A stretch of DNA of 64,000 nucleotides from positions 3,162,001 to 3,226,000 of the forward strand of contig CATNEN010000037.1 of the NCBI GenBank assembly GCA_950097015.1, read 5' to 3'. Position numbers and translations under genes: made by a program. Each line of letters begins with the position of its first letter. Position 1 is the stretch's first letter. Shown piece after piece: positions 51,211 through 64,000 of this stretch. A model generated the notes under the pieces. It did not search any database and was not told the origin of the DNA. It saw only the letters and a program-made list of their open reading frames with translations. The stretch is from Macrostomum hystrix (lineage: Eukaryota; Animalia; Platyhelminthes).

Positions 51211-54200
51211 TTCAATGGGATCGGCAATTGAAGCTCATGACATTCTCTGGTTGTGACAGTCGCGGGTTCCTGACAGCTCTGTTCAACCCAACGACTTAAG
51301 CAGCAACTGTCGCAGACATTTTCATTAATGGTTTTCTCGGGAGCTGCATGGTTTGATTTTTGTTTGGTTGAAAGCTTAGTTAAGAACTTTAAGATCTTAA
51401 ATAATTTTTGTACTTTTGGGTGAGTAGTGGAGGATGAGTTTGTTTGGTCTGAATTAGCGCCGTTTTTATGTTATCATTTAATTGTGGTTGAAAAAATTGT
51501 TTTTTTTTTTGAGCCTGCTTACTTGTGATCGCGTTTTATGCATGATACTCGTATTATGCAAACTGAAGCGGAAGGTACAGAAGCTGGAAGCAGACAGTAA
51601 AATACCTTTATTGTGCACTACAGTAGTTTCGGGTCGGAAGCTAATGCCATAAACTAGCTTGCAATACGAGTACACTTCGAACTTTAGGTCGATCGTAGGA
51701 CCAAATAAATCCACTTTTAGAAAATAGAAACGCCACAAGAAGGCCGAATTGAAGAAGAAAATTCGGTTCGAAATCTCTTTAAATGTTACTGCATGCTGTA
51801 CATACTCGTATATGTTTAGAAACATTATCAATAAGACTGGCTTGTAAGACGGAACGTTCTGTGTTAGCATATAAATATTACGTCCGGAGCTTGAAGCCCC
51901 GTGATTATACAGATTCGGAATTCTTATCTAAACGTCGGGGTTTGGCATCTCAGTTCTATTGAAACAAATCGTGTCCTTGATTGGATTTCAAAATCAATTA
52001 AATTATAGGATTTGTCTTCATGTGAGTTTTTAGCCGTAATCTGTTATTATATGTTCATTAGCTAGCCTTCTTTAAAATATTATAACGATTAAAACAAACA
52101 GCGCACCTATTTAAGTATATACAATTTTTGTGATATCTAAGCGATTACTTGAAACAGTTTAAAGGGGCCTAACATTAATTTAGCTGAATATCTGTTTCAG
52201 TAGTCACTTCACGCGCAATACAACTAAATTATAACGTTTAGTGCAGTATCCAACACTCAACATTTTAACTTTCAGGATTCCAATGCTAGTTTGCGGCAAT
52301 ATAAGACGGAAAATTGTTCAATAATTCAGCCCAAATGTGATTGCTGCGCCCAATCGATTAGATTTCTTTGCCCTGCACCGCTAAAGAGAAGAAAACCTTG
52401 GCGCGTTTTTGTTCTTCTCAATTTAGTAGCGGATGGAATGGAGAGCCGATAAAAACAAACCCGCGACCGGAGATTCGTCCCCAACCCCACTCTTCCAACC
52501 CATTTCCTTGAGCAAACAGACGACTGTCCAAGAGCTTTTTGCAGGTTTCGTCATAATAAACCTGAATTAGTTCAACCTGTCTATTTTTATGGTGCTCGAA
52601 CTGAAAAATCGAGCTAGAGTTGCGACGAAAATTGTTAAATGACTGCTTGTTAAACAATGGTTACAGAGTTGCAATTTTGATTCAATGAAAGTTTCGGGCA
52701 AATTATAATCTGCGTAAATTAACTGCCAGATAAGAATACAAGAAAAAAGTGGACACACAGAATAATTTAAGCACTGTATGGGCATGAAAGAAAGAAGTAA
52801 AAATTTATCATAATTAAAACTTACAAAGGCAGTAAGACGCGGAAGACACATCACTATACGAGAATTATGCACTAAAAACAGCATTAAAATTTTACAAACC
52901 TGACTGGCTCACAACGCCTAAAAGCTGAACGCAGATATATAACCTTCGTATTATGCGAGGTCTGACTTAACGAACTAGCATTGCAGTACTATTGTACTAA
53001 TATTGGAATAAGAGTAATATTACAACCCTAAGCATAATAAATAATATAGTTTCGCCGCAACATTTTTTTGGCGTTTGAACGACTTAAGGCTTGTACAAAC
53101 TTAACATAAATAAAGTTTCTGTACGTGGCTTCTCAAAATATGCGTTTCTCTGAAACATTTCTGCCTAAGGAAAAAGGAAAGGCCCATTATAGTATAACTA
53201 TATCACTGGTCCTTGAGCCAAGAGTAGAAATTAGGCGCAGACAAAAAAGTATTTCAATGCAATAAATATTTCGTGACCAATGAAACCATTGCATTTTTTA
53301 CTATCTACAATGAACCTTTATAAAATAAAGTGATTCCATATGAAATGAGCGCTTCTAAACAGTTAATAAAAACACTACAGATGCATACTAGTTTTTTCTC
53401 TGGTTTCTCATCGTTCGAAGCTTACATATTTCACATTGTACTAAAGCTTTCCATGGAGAGGTCCAGATGCAGTTTAAGAACAAAAGGGCGGACGAATGAA
53501 TGGATTAAAAGCGAAAAAGTAAGCGAAAATAAGTGAGTGTAAGTGTTTTTATGACGTCCGTTCAATTTAGCGGACAATTGATAGATAAAACAATTTTTGC
53601 TTGTTTCTATGCAAAAAAACGCACGAGAAATCCGTTTAGACAAACTTATGATGTTTAGATTAAAAAAAGTTGAATTAATTTTTCAGCGCTTAAATTTTCA
53701 TGCTCGCGATTCCCTTTAGTTAAAATTTAAACTACGAAAGAGATCACGTTGATCTTGAAAATGGAAGCCACATGAATCAAATTGCAATTATAGTACATAC
53801 TTGTAGCTTGTACGCCGTACGCGTAGTTCTTATAGAGACCGAGATGGTTAGCAAAAATATAGATTTCACGACGATGACAATTTTATAATTAAAAAAGATA
53901 GGGCGTTTTAAAATGATTTTCTATTTCTTATTTATTAGTATTATTTCTCTGTTACAAAGCATTGTAAGGAGCGACGAATTAAACCCTATGAGTGCAAGTA
54001 AGTCTTGTGGTTATATTTTTCAGTTTTTGCTGCAAATAAATAATCGTTTTCTGAATTTTTGATGTTCAAGCCAGGTTTAGGAATGAAAATATGCCAAAAG
54101 GGAATACAAATTTAATAATTGATAATTGATAAATAAAATAAATAAATAAAAATGTAGTTTGTTATGTAAATTTATTAAATGAATTCAAAGTTCGAGTTCT

Positions 54201-54442
54201 CAAATCCTAGAATTAAAGTACTTACGTAATAGAGAAAATCGTATTGCATTCAATTGTCATATTTTTGTCTTCTTTATTTTTTTATTTTTTTTATTAATTG
54301 GCTTTTTTACAGGACAATAGCATTCTCTAGTGACCCTTTCAAACGTTTTTCATACAAGTTTCAAATTAGCTATTACATGTAAAATTTCATAGAAAGATTG
54401 CTGTAAATTTCTTTTATATTATTATATATTTTTTTTTGTTAA

Positions 54443-54794
54443 ATGTTGCTAATAACTGAAAACCCACATTTTCTGCAACTCCTAGCAAATAACAATGCAA
54501 CTGTATCATCACTGAGTACGATTTTGGTCAATGAATCGTCCAATCTACAATCTACAACTACCATGGCAGATTCAGCTGGGCAAACATATTCTACTATGTC
54601 GCCTATTATGAATGCTAAAACGACCCCATTAACAGAACAGACACTAGCAAATGTGCTTTCTACAACTAACAACTTTCTTGGGACAATGAAAAAAACCGTG
54701 GCTCCATTAAGTGCATCAGAAAATGACAATTTAACAACTTGCGATGATAATGTGTCTAAATATTCAAACTTTACTACATTTTGGTTGCAAACAG
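54443..54794 (+). CDS. KIAA1549/UPF0606-like single-pass membrane protein, exon A (Ser/Thr/Asn-rich ectodomain)
   Basis: ORF ends FWLQT at a strong donor ACAG|GTGAGT (54795), phase 1. The true start is uncertain. Confidence 0.6.
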
Positions 54795-54941
54795 GTGAGT
54801 TAAGAAACAACAGGAAATAGTTTTACCCGATTTTTCTTGATTTTGTGCTTTTCAATAGAGCGCTAAAACTTTGTTAAAATTACTACAGCTTCTGTAGCTT
54901 CTTTTGAATACTTTCTGTCTACCTGTCTACTTTAATTGCAG

Positions 54942-55100
54942 TGCTAGCATCAGTCCCTATGGAAACAAACGCGTCTTCTTGTGTATGGCGTGTCCGCATT
55001 GCTGCTAGATTGTTGGCATTGTTTCGCGCAGCTGTTGGCGGTGACGACGGAAACAGTTCAGCCCTGGAAGTGCTGGTGTGTGAATTTTTCGTTCAGCTGC
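54942..55100 (+). CDS. KIAA1549-like protein, exon B (3' boundary uncertain)
   Basis: Acceptor TTTAATTGCAG at 54941. The splice gives WLQTVLASV...RIAARLLALF, similar to the 'W..TVL..V....RLA.LF' SEA-like module of KIAA1549/KIAA1549L as recalled. Confidence 0.5.
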
Positions 55101-55134
55101 TGCTAATAGTATCTGAGTTAGGAGGGAAGGATTG

Positions 55135-55465
55135 GGTGTGAGGTGGCTGCGCAAGGCTAGGGTAAGGAGTGAGGTGGCTGCAAGGGAAGGGTGGGGGAGT
55201 GAGTTGGCTGTAAGGGAAGGGTGGGGAGTGAGGTGGCTGCTAAGGAAGTGTGGGGAGTGAGGTGGCTGCAAGGGAAGGTGGGGAGTGAGGTGGCTGCAAG
55301 GTAAGGGTGTGGAGTGAGGTGGCTGCAAGGGAAGGGTTGTGTGAGGTGGCTGCACGAAAGGGGTTGGGAGTGAGTTGGCTGCTGGAAAATGGTAGTATGT
55401 GAGGTAGCAGCACGGGAAGGGTTGGGTGTGAGGTGGTTGCACGAAAAGGGTCGGGAGTGGGGTGG
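55135..55465. repeat. G-rich minisatellite (GTGAGGTGGCTGCAAGGGAAGGGTGGGGA-type), probably intronic
   Basis: Direct inspection. Confidence 0.85.
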
Positions 55466-55514
55466 CGGAACTGTTTACTACAAATTGTCGTGCTTCTTTT
55501 TCGTTGTATTCCTT

Positions 55515-55707
55515 CCTATCGTCAAGCTGGTCTCGGCTAACCGCCTGCAAATAAACTCAAGCAGCCAGCTAGTCCGGCTGGTGTACATCGCGCAACAAAA
55601 CGGCTCCTACGTCCCAGCGGACCAGTCTGCAGCTCTGATAAATAGACTGAAACAAGCGCGGGTGTCTGACCTACTCGGATACGAAGTGCAACAGCCTGCA
55701 GCTACAA
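55515..55707 (+). CDS. KIAA1549-like protein, exon C (5' boundary uncertain)
   Basis: IVKLVSANRL...LVYIAQQNGSYVPADQSAALINRLKQARVSDLLGYEV resembles the C-terminal half of the SEA-like module. Donor ACAA|GTGAAT at 55708, phase 1. Confidence 0.6.
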
Positions 55708-55783
55708 GTGAATTAAAATTTTTAATTAACTTGTGAAGGTATCAGTGCTTATTAATATTGTTGTTTTGTTCCGCCGCTTTCAG

Positions 55784-56169
55784 TTCTTCCCCTGGGCGAA
55801 CTGGCTTCAACAATTGAGCACGGGAAAGTGGACAATTGGGCCGACTCTGGACTTGGCCAAGGTTGGCAACAGTTGGCAATGGCAGCAGCTGCAGCATCCG
55901 GCATCGTGCTGGTTGTTGTCTGTCTAGTCAGCTCTGCCGTGCTGGCATTGTACTTCGGCTGTCTGCGGCCGCGACATTCGACCGTTTCTGGCGCTGAGCG
56001 AGGCCGACGGAGACGATCAGGAAGCCGGGGACAGAAGCGTCGGTGTCGAGGAAATTTCGGCGTGCGTGGCTGGTCGGGCTACGGGGACGAGGACGACGAT
56101 GATATTGATGAGGAAGAAGTCACTGATGCCGGCCAAGCTACATGGCCAGTGGTGGCCCACATGAGAGCG
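55784..56169 (+). CDS. KIAA1549-like protein, exon D (transmembrane helix and cytoplasmic start)
   Basis: Acceptor CTTTCAG at 55783, in frame with exon C. Hydrophobic AAASGIVLVVVCLVSSAVLALYF, then basic (RRRR) and acidic (DEDDDD) patches. Donor GCG|GTGAGA at 56170. Confidence 0.65.
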
Positions 56170-56198
56170 GTGAGACATACATGTCTATTTTGATTTCT

Positions 56199-56763
56199 TG
56201 AGCACCCTGCATTCCATCAGATGGATTGAGCACCCTGAATTCCATCAGATGGATTGAGCACCCTGCATTCCATCAGATATATTGAGCACCCTGCATTCCA
56301 TGAGTTGGATTGAGCACCCTGCATTCCACCAGATGGATTGAGCACCCTGCACTCCATCAGATGGATTGAGCACCCTGCACTCCATCAGATTGATTGAGCA
56401 CCCTGCATTCCATGAGTTGGATTGAGCACTCTGCATTCCATCAGATGGATGAGCACCCTGCATTCCATGAGTTGGATTGAGCACCCTGCATTCCATGAGT
56501 TTGATTGAGCACCCTGCATTCCATCAGATGGATTGAGCACCCTGGATTCCATCAGATGGATTGAGCACCCTGGATTTCATCAGATGGATTGAGCACCCTG
56601 GATTTCATCAGATGGATTGAGCACCCTGCACTCCATCAGGTGTGTTAAGCACCCTGCACTCCATCAGGTGTGTTAAGCACCCTGCACTCCATCAGATGTG
56701 TTAAGCACCCTGCACTCCATCAGATGTGTTAAGCACCCTGCACTCCATCAGGTGTGTTAAGCA
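56199..56763. repeat. 28-bp minisatellite (GAGCACCCTGCATTCCATCAGATGGATT)
   Basis: About 20 units. Confidence 0.93.
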
Positions 56764-57927
56764 CGTTACATCCATTCAGGCACAAAGTCTGAACAATCAG
56801 TTAGAAAACCTGTAACATTTTCGGTAGTAAAAGACTACATCTGTTTCTCTTGCACTTTTCCTGTGTCCATATGGCTGCAGAAATCTGAAGAATTCAAGTC
56901 AGGGCTCAGGAAAGCTGCCGCTATTTTCCCTACAGTTCGCGTGCAAACGTTGGGACTTAATCCCTGTTTCTCCGCCTTCTAAATCCCCACCGGAAGGTAT
57001 GAAAGGAGAAAGAAATGGTTCCAAAGATAAATCCCAAGCTTGTTCCTCTAATCCAAATATGGGGACTTGGCCGCGAAGGTGTGTTTAGATCCCTTAAAAT
57101 CTGCAAGCGTACTAGCTGGTTGCTTAGTGATAAGGCAGAAAAATTGCTGGGCAAACGGTATGAAGACCTGATCGATGTTGACGGTTCATTTCCGATTCGT
57201 GATTATTATATGTCCATCAAAATTCAGCTCCCTTTTTATCGAACAAAAGTTTTGTGGGAAATATTATTATCCTAGTTTCCATTCCATCTTAGCGGAAATC
57301 ACTAATCTTACTTGTTATGCTCAAAGTGGCTTTCAGAAGCTGTGGAATTTCCACCGTATCCCACTAGCCAAGGAAATGCTCTTTCTCCCTTCCCTGTCTC
57401 CATCTCCGCCCCTCCTGTGCAGGACTTGGCAACAATGCCCCCAACCTGACCTCGCAGGTCGGCCTGACCCCCCTGTGTGCTGTGCAAGCCAGCCCCATCA
57501 ACTCAGCTCTGAATTCTACTGTATTGGCCTTACAATCTTAGTCTATCCCTCCCTCGCCAATCTCATTCTTCCCAGAGCTTCCCGCTGAAAATTTCTTTGC
57601 TGTAAAGTTCTGCTACTGTCCAACAACGATCCCCTGAAAATGCTGCGCATTCTGCCACTTGAGCGCTAGTTTTATTGGTAGCTTGACTGGCTGCTGGCAG
57701 AAGGCACGTGCCTCGTGCCAGACTGTGTCCCAGTGAGTCATACTGCTCAAAATGAATGAGCTCCTACTTGTTACAGCTCTAGTGTCACGCTTTAGCTGCC
57801 TAGTTGATTAGATTTCGCCAGTTTTATGTCGCATGTTTTTTAATTTGCTACTGGAAGCTTATTTGCTATTTTATTTGAGTCCTGTTATGCCTCTGCTATT
57901 TTCACAACATATTTACAATGCACTAAC

Positions 57928-58100
57928 TGCATTCCATCAGTTGGATTGAGCACCCTGCATTCCATCAGTTGGATTGAGCACCCTGCATTCCATCAGTTGG
58001 ATTGAGCACCCTGCATTCCATCAGTTGGATTGAGCACCCTGCATTCCATCAGATGGTTTGAGAACCCAAAATTCCATGAGTTCAGCTGAGCGCCCTGCAT
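57928..58100. repeat. Second array of the same 28-bp minisatellite
   Basis: GAGCACCCTGCATTCCATCAGTTGGATT units. Confidence 0.9.
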
Positions 58101-59682
58101 TTAAGAAGACCCTGCAGAAATGCACATTGTGCCAGTCCTGTAAACACGCCATGTGGCGCCCACTCTCTCCCGTACACAAAACGGGTTCTGCATGAATTGC
58201 TAGTTGAAACTTAATCAGTTAAAGTTGAAATTTGAACTGGCAAACAGCTCCGCAGTGTTTTTTGGCTGCCTTCTGTACTTCAGTGCAGCCCAGTTTGCCG
58301 GTCCAATTTAGAATATATAACTAGGTAGGTAGAGTAAGTGAGCTGCAGTCTCTATTTGTCCACTCCGCTCACACCACCATATGAATTAATATTAGAGAAG
58401 TAGGGAAAGAAAAAAGGAAGTTAAAAAAAATCGTACCTGGAGAGAGAGTGTGAGGACAGAATGAAACGAACTCTTTTTCTCACGGCAGCTATATGGAGTG
58501 GTTTAGGATTTGAGTAAAAAGCGGCTCACGACTTCAAGATTTTATTTCTTTTGAATAGTTACCAAGGCAGTTCTAGTGAAGAGAACAAGAACCGGCTGGT
58601 TCGAGAGTAAATGCAATGCGATTTTGTGTGCGCCAGTGTCACATTGACGAGTCCTCATTTAGTAGGGCCATGATGAAAAGTTTCTTAAAATCGATTGTCG
58701 AATCGAATGACCTTATGCTGAACACTTCAGTTCTGTGTAATGCCATTATATTAGCACATTTATTAATAGACTGAATGACGAAATCGAAAATCCGAGATTT
58801 CAACATCGACTCCAAGTGACAAGAAAATAGTCCGTCCCTGCTAATCAATATTCGCCCATCAATCAATATGCTTGCTACTCTTGATTGACAATCAGAAGTG
58901 GAACTCATCTAAGCTATCAGTCGCGAGGTTCTCAGTTTGAAGAAATTATGTAGACCCGAGATCGATTTGTAACCATGGCAACACACAAGTAACAAATAAT
59001 CCCTTATCCCGCTTCGCCGCAGAACCCGAAGATCAGCTACAGCACTGTTGGCATCGAGGCCATCGCTGAGCAGGTGACCCGTCGGCTTGAAGCGCACATG
59101 TGCGAACTCGTGCTTGGCTGGCAGCAGCAGCAGCAGCAGCATCGCCAGTCAACGCCGACAACTTCCGCCGGTTCCCCGACGCCGATTTTCCCGGAGGTCG
59201 CCAGTTCGAGTCCCATCGGCCAGGCACTCTCAGACGCTGAACTAGTCGATGCGGTATCCCCAAATAGTCCAGTAGTTGATGAGGAAGTGCAGCTGCGCCG
59301 GTGTCCCCAGGCAACCCAGCTGGCGTGCCCGAATGGAAAAGGTCAGTGTTAGTGAAGTGCAAGAGAAAATCTGGAAGCACTTACAATAGTGGACTGACAA
59401 ATCCCAGTCAGCTTTTTACAAGTGCGCGCTTAGTGTGCGGGCGTTAAAGCTATTTTCCCGTCAGCTTGTGAAAATGCGGTTGCAGGCACTAGGCTACAGT
59501 TTAGTTGGTTAATAATGAGGATAATTTTGTGTCGTTTTGCTTGATTCGCTCTTTCTAGGTCGTTCGGTTGACTCTGAGAGGGCCAGCAGGCGACACAGCG
59601 TAAGTTTATTTTCTTCGACTCCCATTCAGTTATTTATGCACAATGATACTTGTTTGACGGAATGAGGAAGAAAGGATCCAAT

Positions 59683-59740
59683 AGCCTAGTGGCTAGAGCT
59701 TCGGACTTTTAACCGAGAGGTCGTGAGTTCGAATTTAAGT
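59683..59740 (+). pseudogene. tRNA-Lys(UUU)-like fragment or SINE head
   Basis: A box TAGCCTAGTGG, anticodon loop CTTTTAA, B box GTTCGAAT. The anticodon stem has a 1-nt deletion and there is no acceptor stem. Confidence 0.5.
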
Positions 59741-62700
59741 CAAATGTGAAAAATATTAGATAAGTTAGACATTTTTCAATTCTCATAAACAGATTTTCTA
59801 TGAGAATTAGGCTGAGAATAATGATAATGTAAGACAGAGGAGAGAATTAAAAGATTAAGAGTATGGGTAGATAAAAAGTAAACAAAAATATTTATGCCTT
59901 TTCCAAGAGCCATTAGTTGAGCCTCGTAGAACCTGAGCCATATTATCCGCTCGGCAGCCCATTAAGTATAATATTTTTTATTCTTACTGACTCTAGGTGG
60001 CACTGTTTGTCCCATATTGAGAGGTATGTGGGCGGTTAATGGACATGAGGCTTGGCCAAAACTGGAGATTAGATGAGAGAAGGGGAACGCAAAGAGGGAA
60101 ATTAGATTCCGCAGATAGAAATGTGTCCACCCGTCATATTTCCCCTAACATTGTTATTATTATGACCGGAATATTGCTCTCTCTACATCCATCTCCGCAC
60201 ACTGGTCACTATGCTATCTTCGTTGCGATGTGATTGCCATTCAGTGGAGCAGCAAAATTTCTGCCCCTATCTCTTGAGAGAGAAAATCGGATTCCCTTAC
60301 ACACTGAATTTGAGAAGGCTGGAAGGCCGAGCGATTTCTCAGTAAGCTGCTTGTCATGAAACGTAAAGTGATTTTCCTTCCTTCTCTATCATTTTCTTTC
60401 GGGTTATCGTTTAGGCTTTCAGTGGGCTCGAGGTGGAGCTGCGAGATGGTGTACGCGCTATTACCTTCAGGATCGAATGCTTATATATTTCAAGGCTATA
60501 CAGGTGCAATGTCTTGCAAGCTACATTGTATTGGCCTACATATTGGGAATATAATTTTAGGCGGAAGGAGACAGAATAGCAGAGAATAGACAGACAGAAA
60601 GTTAGTATATAGACTAGCACTGATACCCCCTTTCAAAAACAGACCGACGTAGCCAAGGAGGTCCAGATAATTTCTAAGCTGCAACATCAATGCACAAGAA
60701 AAAAATTCAACTAGCAATTTTAGGTGAATAAAAAAATTAAGGAACTGATAAACTTTTATATATAGACTAGCGCTGATAACCCCCTTTCATAAACAGACCT
60801 TCGCCGCCAAAGTCTGGATGTGCCCAGCTGTATGCTTCTGGAGAAGCCCTAATGCCTTTCCCCGCCCCCAACTGTGCTCTGGGACATATATTTTATTCCT
60901 CTGGCCGGTCCCGCAGGGCACGCATGGAGTGTCACGCGCACGACAGTTTTGAAGCAGAGTGGTTCTTTGAGAACGAAGAGGGAAATCAGAGCAAGGCAGT
61001 CCAGAGAATCCCAGAGAAGCCTTTGATTCTCTCCTTCCCTCCCTCTTCTCTCTCTTAATGCAATGTAAGGACGCCGACTCAAGGCTTGGCCAAACTCAAA
61101 ATCAGTAATGAGTTGTTTGCCCCAAACCTCATCCACACCGTCTACCAAAAAACGTCATTGCCGTGCCGTTTCGCGATCTTGTCCCCCGATTCTCCATCTG
61201 TCTGTCTGTCTTTCTCTCTATCAGTGTCGCCTGAGCATCTGCTAGCAATGAGTCATAGCTCATTCGCATTCATTCTAGACCAGCCGTTCCCATTCCAATC
61301 ACCTCAAGCCTCCTCTACCAGGGCGTGCACTAGCTGCATCCATTTGCCATCGACATAATGTAGCTCTCCAATGACTAAACTGTCTTGCCTGTGCTTGTTC
61401 TCCTCTACTTTGCCATGAGGCCCAGGGCCAGAAGACTAAGTAAGTAAAGAAGGAAATTCAGAGTATGAAGCAAGATCTTGCTGTCATTGCCCGCTCTTTG
61501 TCTTGGCTCTCCTCTCCGGCTTCTTTTGTCTGCCTGTTTTTTGTGGATTCTTAGTAAAATAATGCGAACTATGGCAAACCCGGATAAATTTCCCAAATTG
61601 TTAGTTTCTGCTGAGCTTCATAAGAATTGTCCAAATGCAATGACGGTAGCCTCAACTTCTTAATTCCTTTCTAATTCCAAGGGATATAGTAATATTACCC
61701 TAGTTCCACTATAATCTCACCTTTACTCAGGATAATCTCCCATTACGAAAATCTTACTAGAACTTCATAAGCATCTTGTCTCTCTTCAATTTATTGATAA
61801 TCTCACCTACAAAAGTCCATGATTAACTGTTCCATTGAACCCATTGATCTCTCAGTAATCATGAAAAATATTACAAGATGATTAATTTCAGTTCATCTAA
61901 ACCCACATTCAACGGACTGCCTCTCACTGGTATTGATTACCAATGGATGGCTTTGCAGTCAAATTTCCGGTGTTAACGATCATAGTTAGAGCAAAGGCCT
62001 GCCTGTTCAGTATTTGATATATTATTATAGGATTCTATTTTTGTAAAGCAGAATTCGCCATTTGTAATCTAAATTATTATCTAAATCTGAATCTTTCTTT
62101 TCCTACTTTCCTAAAAGTGATTTATTACTGTTGTGAGCTAAGTCAATTATCTTCGTGGTAAATTATCCCAGTATTCAATTATCTTAAGAGGTAAATTATC
62201 CCGATGGTAACTTATCCTAAGCAGTTATTAGTCACAACTGTCAATTATCTAAATTTTCATCCTTGTAGTCAGTTATCTCAGCAGTCATTTATCGACATAA
62301 GTGTAAATCTAAATGCCAAAAAGCGGTAATAGAAAACTAATAATAATTGCTATTACGCTCGTAATAGTAGTATAGTAGTAGTAGTAGTACTAGCAATATA
62401 GTTTTGCAGCCTTTGAAAACTAAACTCTTTTACAAGAACGATACTAAACGAAGCGACATAACGTAGGGTTGGGTGGATTCGGGAGTTCCGGCTACTAATG
62501 AATTCTCCAAGGAAACTGATAGGTCGCTGCGTCATCAATCACCGGGAAACCTCCTGTTTCAGTAATTACTAGTTCGGGGGAAGGTTCACTGTTCTTCAGT
62601 CAGCGCGGGGGAAGATTATTCAAGAAAATGTTATAATGCTTTCTTTCCTCTTAGAAAGTTGAAACTCGAGTCACTCTCTTTGAGCGAATGTTTACATCCC

Positions 62701-62871
62701 TGTTTTCTTGTTATTCGACAGATATCTCTGAATTCACCTTCCTTCTAATTCAGGCCGTTGAACGGCAGAGGAACAAGGAGAGGCTGAGAAGCATTCAGGT
62801 CAGCCGCGACGATGAAAGGTGAGCTCAGGACTTTTTTCTGCTGATGCATTTAAAGAGATCAAAAAAGGGAG

Positions 62872-63455
62872 GTGACAAGTGGAGAGGGAAGAGGTGGGGA
62901 GAGAAGAGGTGGGGAGAGAAGAGGTGGAGAGGGAAGAGGTGGAGTGGGAAGATATGGAGAGGGAAGAGGTGGAGAGGGAAGAGGCGGAGAGGGAAGAGGC
63001 GGAGAGGAAAGAGGTGGAGAGGGAAGAGGTGGAGAGGGAAGAGGCGGAGAGAGAAGAGGCGGAGGGGAAAGAGGCGGAGAGGGAAGAGGTGGAGAGGGAA
63101 GAGGTGGAGTGGGAAGATATGGAGAGGGAAGAGGTGGAGAGGGAAGAGGCGGAGAGGGAAGAGGTGGAGAGGAAAGAGGTGGAGAGGGAAGAGGTGGAGA
63201 GGAAAGAGGCGGAGAGAGAAGAGGCGGAGAGGGAAGAGGTGGAGAGGGAAGAGGTGGAGAGGGAAGAGGTGGAGAGGGAAGAGGCGGAGAGAGAAGAGGC
63301 GGAGAGGGAAGAGGCGGAGAGGGAAGAGGTGGAGAGGGAAGAGGTGGAGAGGGAAGAGTTGGAGAGGGAAGTGGTGGAGAGAAAAGTGGTGGAGAGAGAA
63401 AAGGTGGAGAGGGAAGAGGTGGAGAGGGAGGATATGGAGAGGGAAGAGGTAGAGA
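62872..63455. repeat. 15-bp purine-rich minisatellite (GAGGTGGAGAGGGAA)
   Basis: 5-aa periodic ORFs (GKRWR / EREEV). Confidence 0.93.
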
Positions 63456-63646
63456 GAATGGGTGGAGAGAGAAGATATGGAAAGAGGAAATCAAGAGAGG
63501 AGAGAGGAATTTGAGAGGAGAGAGGAGAGTGCAGTTATTAGAGTTCGCAAAATATGAGATAACAAAGACTGAGAAACCGGATGAACAGGCAATACAGGAA
63601 GATACAGACAAAACAGATTCCGAGTCTGTAAATCACGGGTATCACT

Positions 63647-64000
63647 TGTAGCGTGAGCACTAATAGAATCTGTGCCCGGACTCATTCCCTACTCAGTCGG
63701 CAGTGTAGCTGCTGAATCAACGCGGAGAAACACGTATTGTCACACGCGTGTCGTGCAGCAAAGGCTAGCTATAGTAGGCCTGTAGAGGAGGCCTCAAACG
63801 AACCAACTCCTGATTAGGGGGCAAGAGAGACAGTGTGAGCTCAGTAGGCAATAAGTCAAGAGTTGTTGAGCAGTCACGAAGTCGCATGACTAAAGGATCT
63901 TTTTTTCCGTGTCCCTCGCCCTAAGCCGCTGGCACTCTTTTAGGCTCAGATAAAGAGAAGCCAATCCAATTGCCTGTCACTATAGCTCCAAGGCCTCTAC
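63647..64000 (+). mobile_element. Possible start of an LTR running off the window
   Basis: Begins TGTAGCGTGAGCAC, similar to the TGTAGTGAGCCAC start of the 9751 solo LTR. No 3' end is visible. Confidence 0.25.

Noticed and set aside
58639-59380. GC-rich short ORFs with poly-Q/poly-A (59033-59380, 59074-59352)
   Set aside because: No recognisable domain or consistent splice structure.

Overview
Repeat-rich eukaryotic (invertebrate animal) genomic DNA. GC-rich poly-Gln coding exons, GT-AG introns and long (TATC)n arrays suggest a flatworm such as Macrostomum, but this is inference only. Host genes: an intronless PDE9-like cyclic-nucleotide phosphodiesterase (13224-14507, -), a two-exon rhodopsin-class peptide GPCR (32879-36165, -) and several exons of a single-pass KIAA1549/UPF0606-like membrane protein (54443-56169, +). 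Most of the rest is transposon debris (Crypton-like, IS630/Tc1, hAT, mariner, Helitron, a hAT MITE, a solo LTR, an RNase H LINE, two SINE families) and many mini/microsatellites. The standout is an apparently intact Penelope-like retroelement (PLE) at 41296-47231, embedded in (TATC)n. It has a partial-tandem (pseudo-LTR) structure with a 4675-bp period and a minimal hammerhead ribozyme in each repeat. Unusually it has two ORFs. ORF1 is Arg-rich with a catalytically dead SGNH-esterase-like domain. ORF2 (RT + zinc finger + GIY-YIG) has no usable ATG, and the two overlap across a canonical A_AAA_AAC -1 frameshift heptamer. A terminal fragment of a second PLE-like family, with a covarying hammerhead, sits in the same microsatellite.
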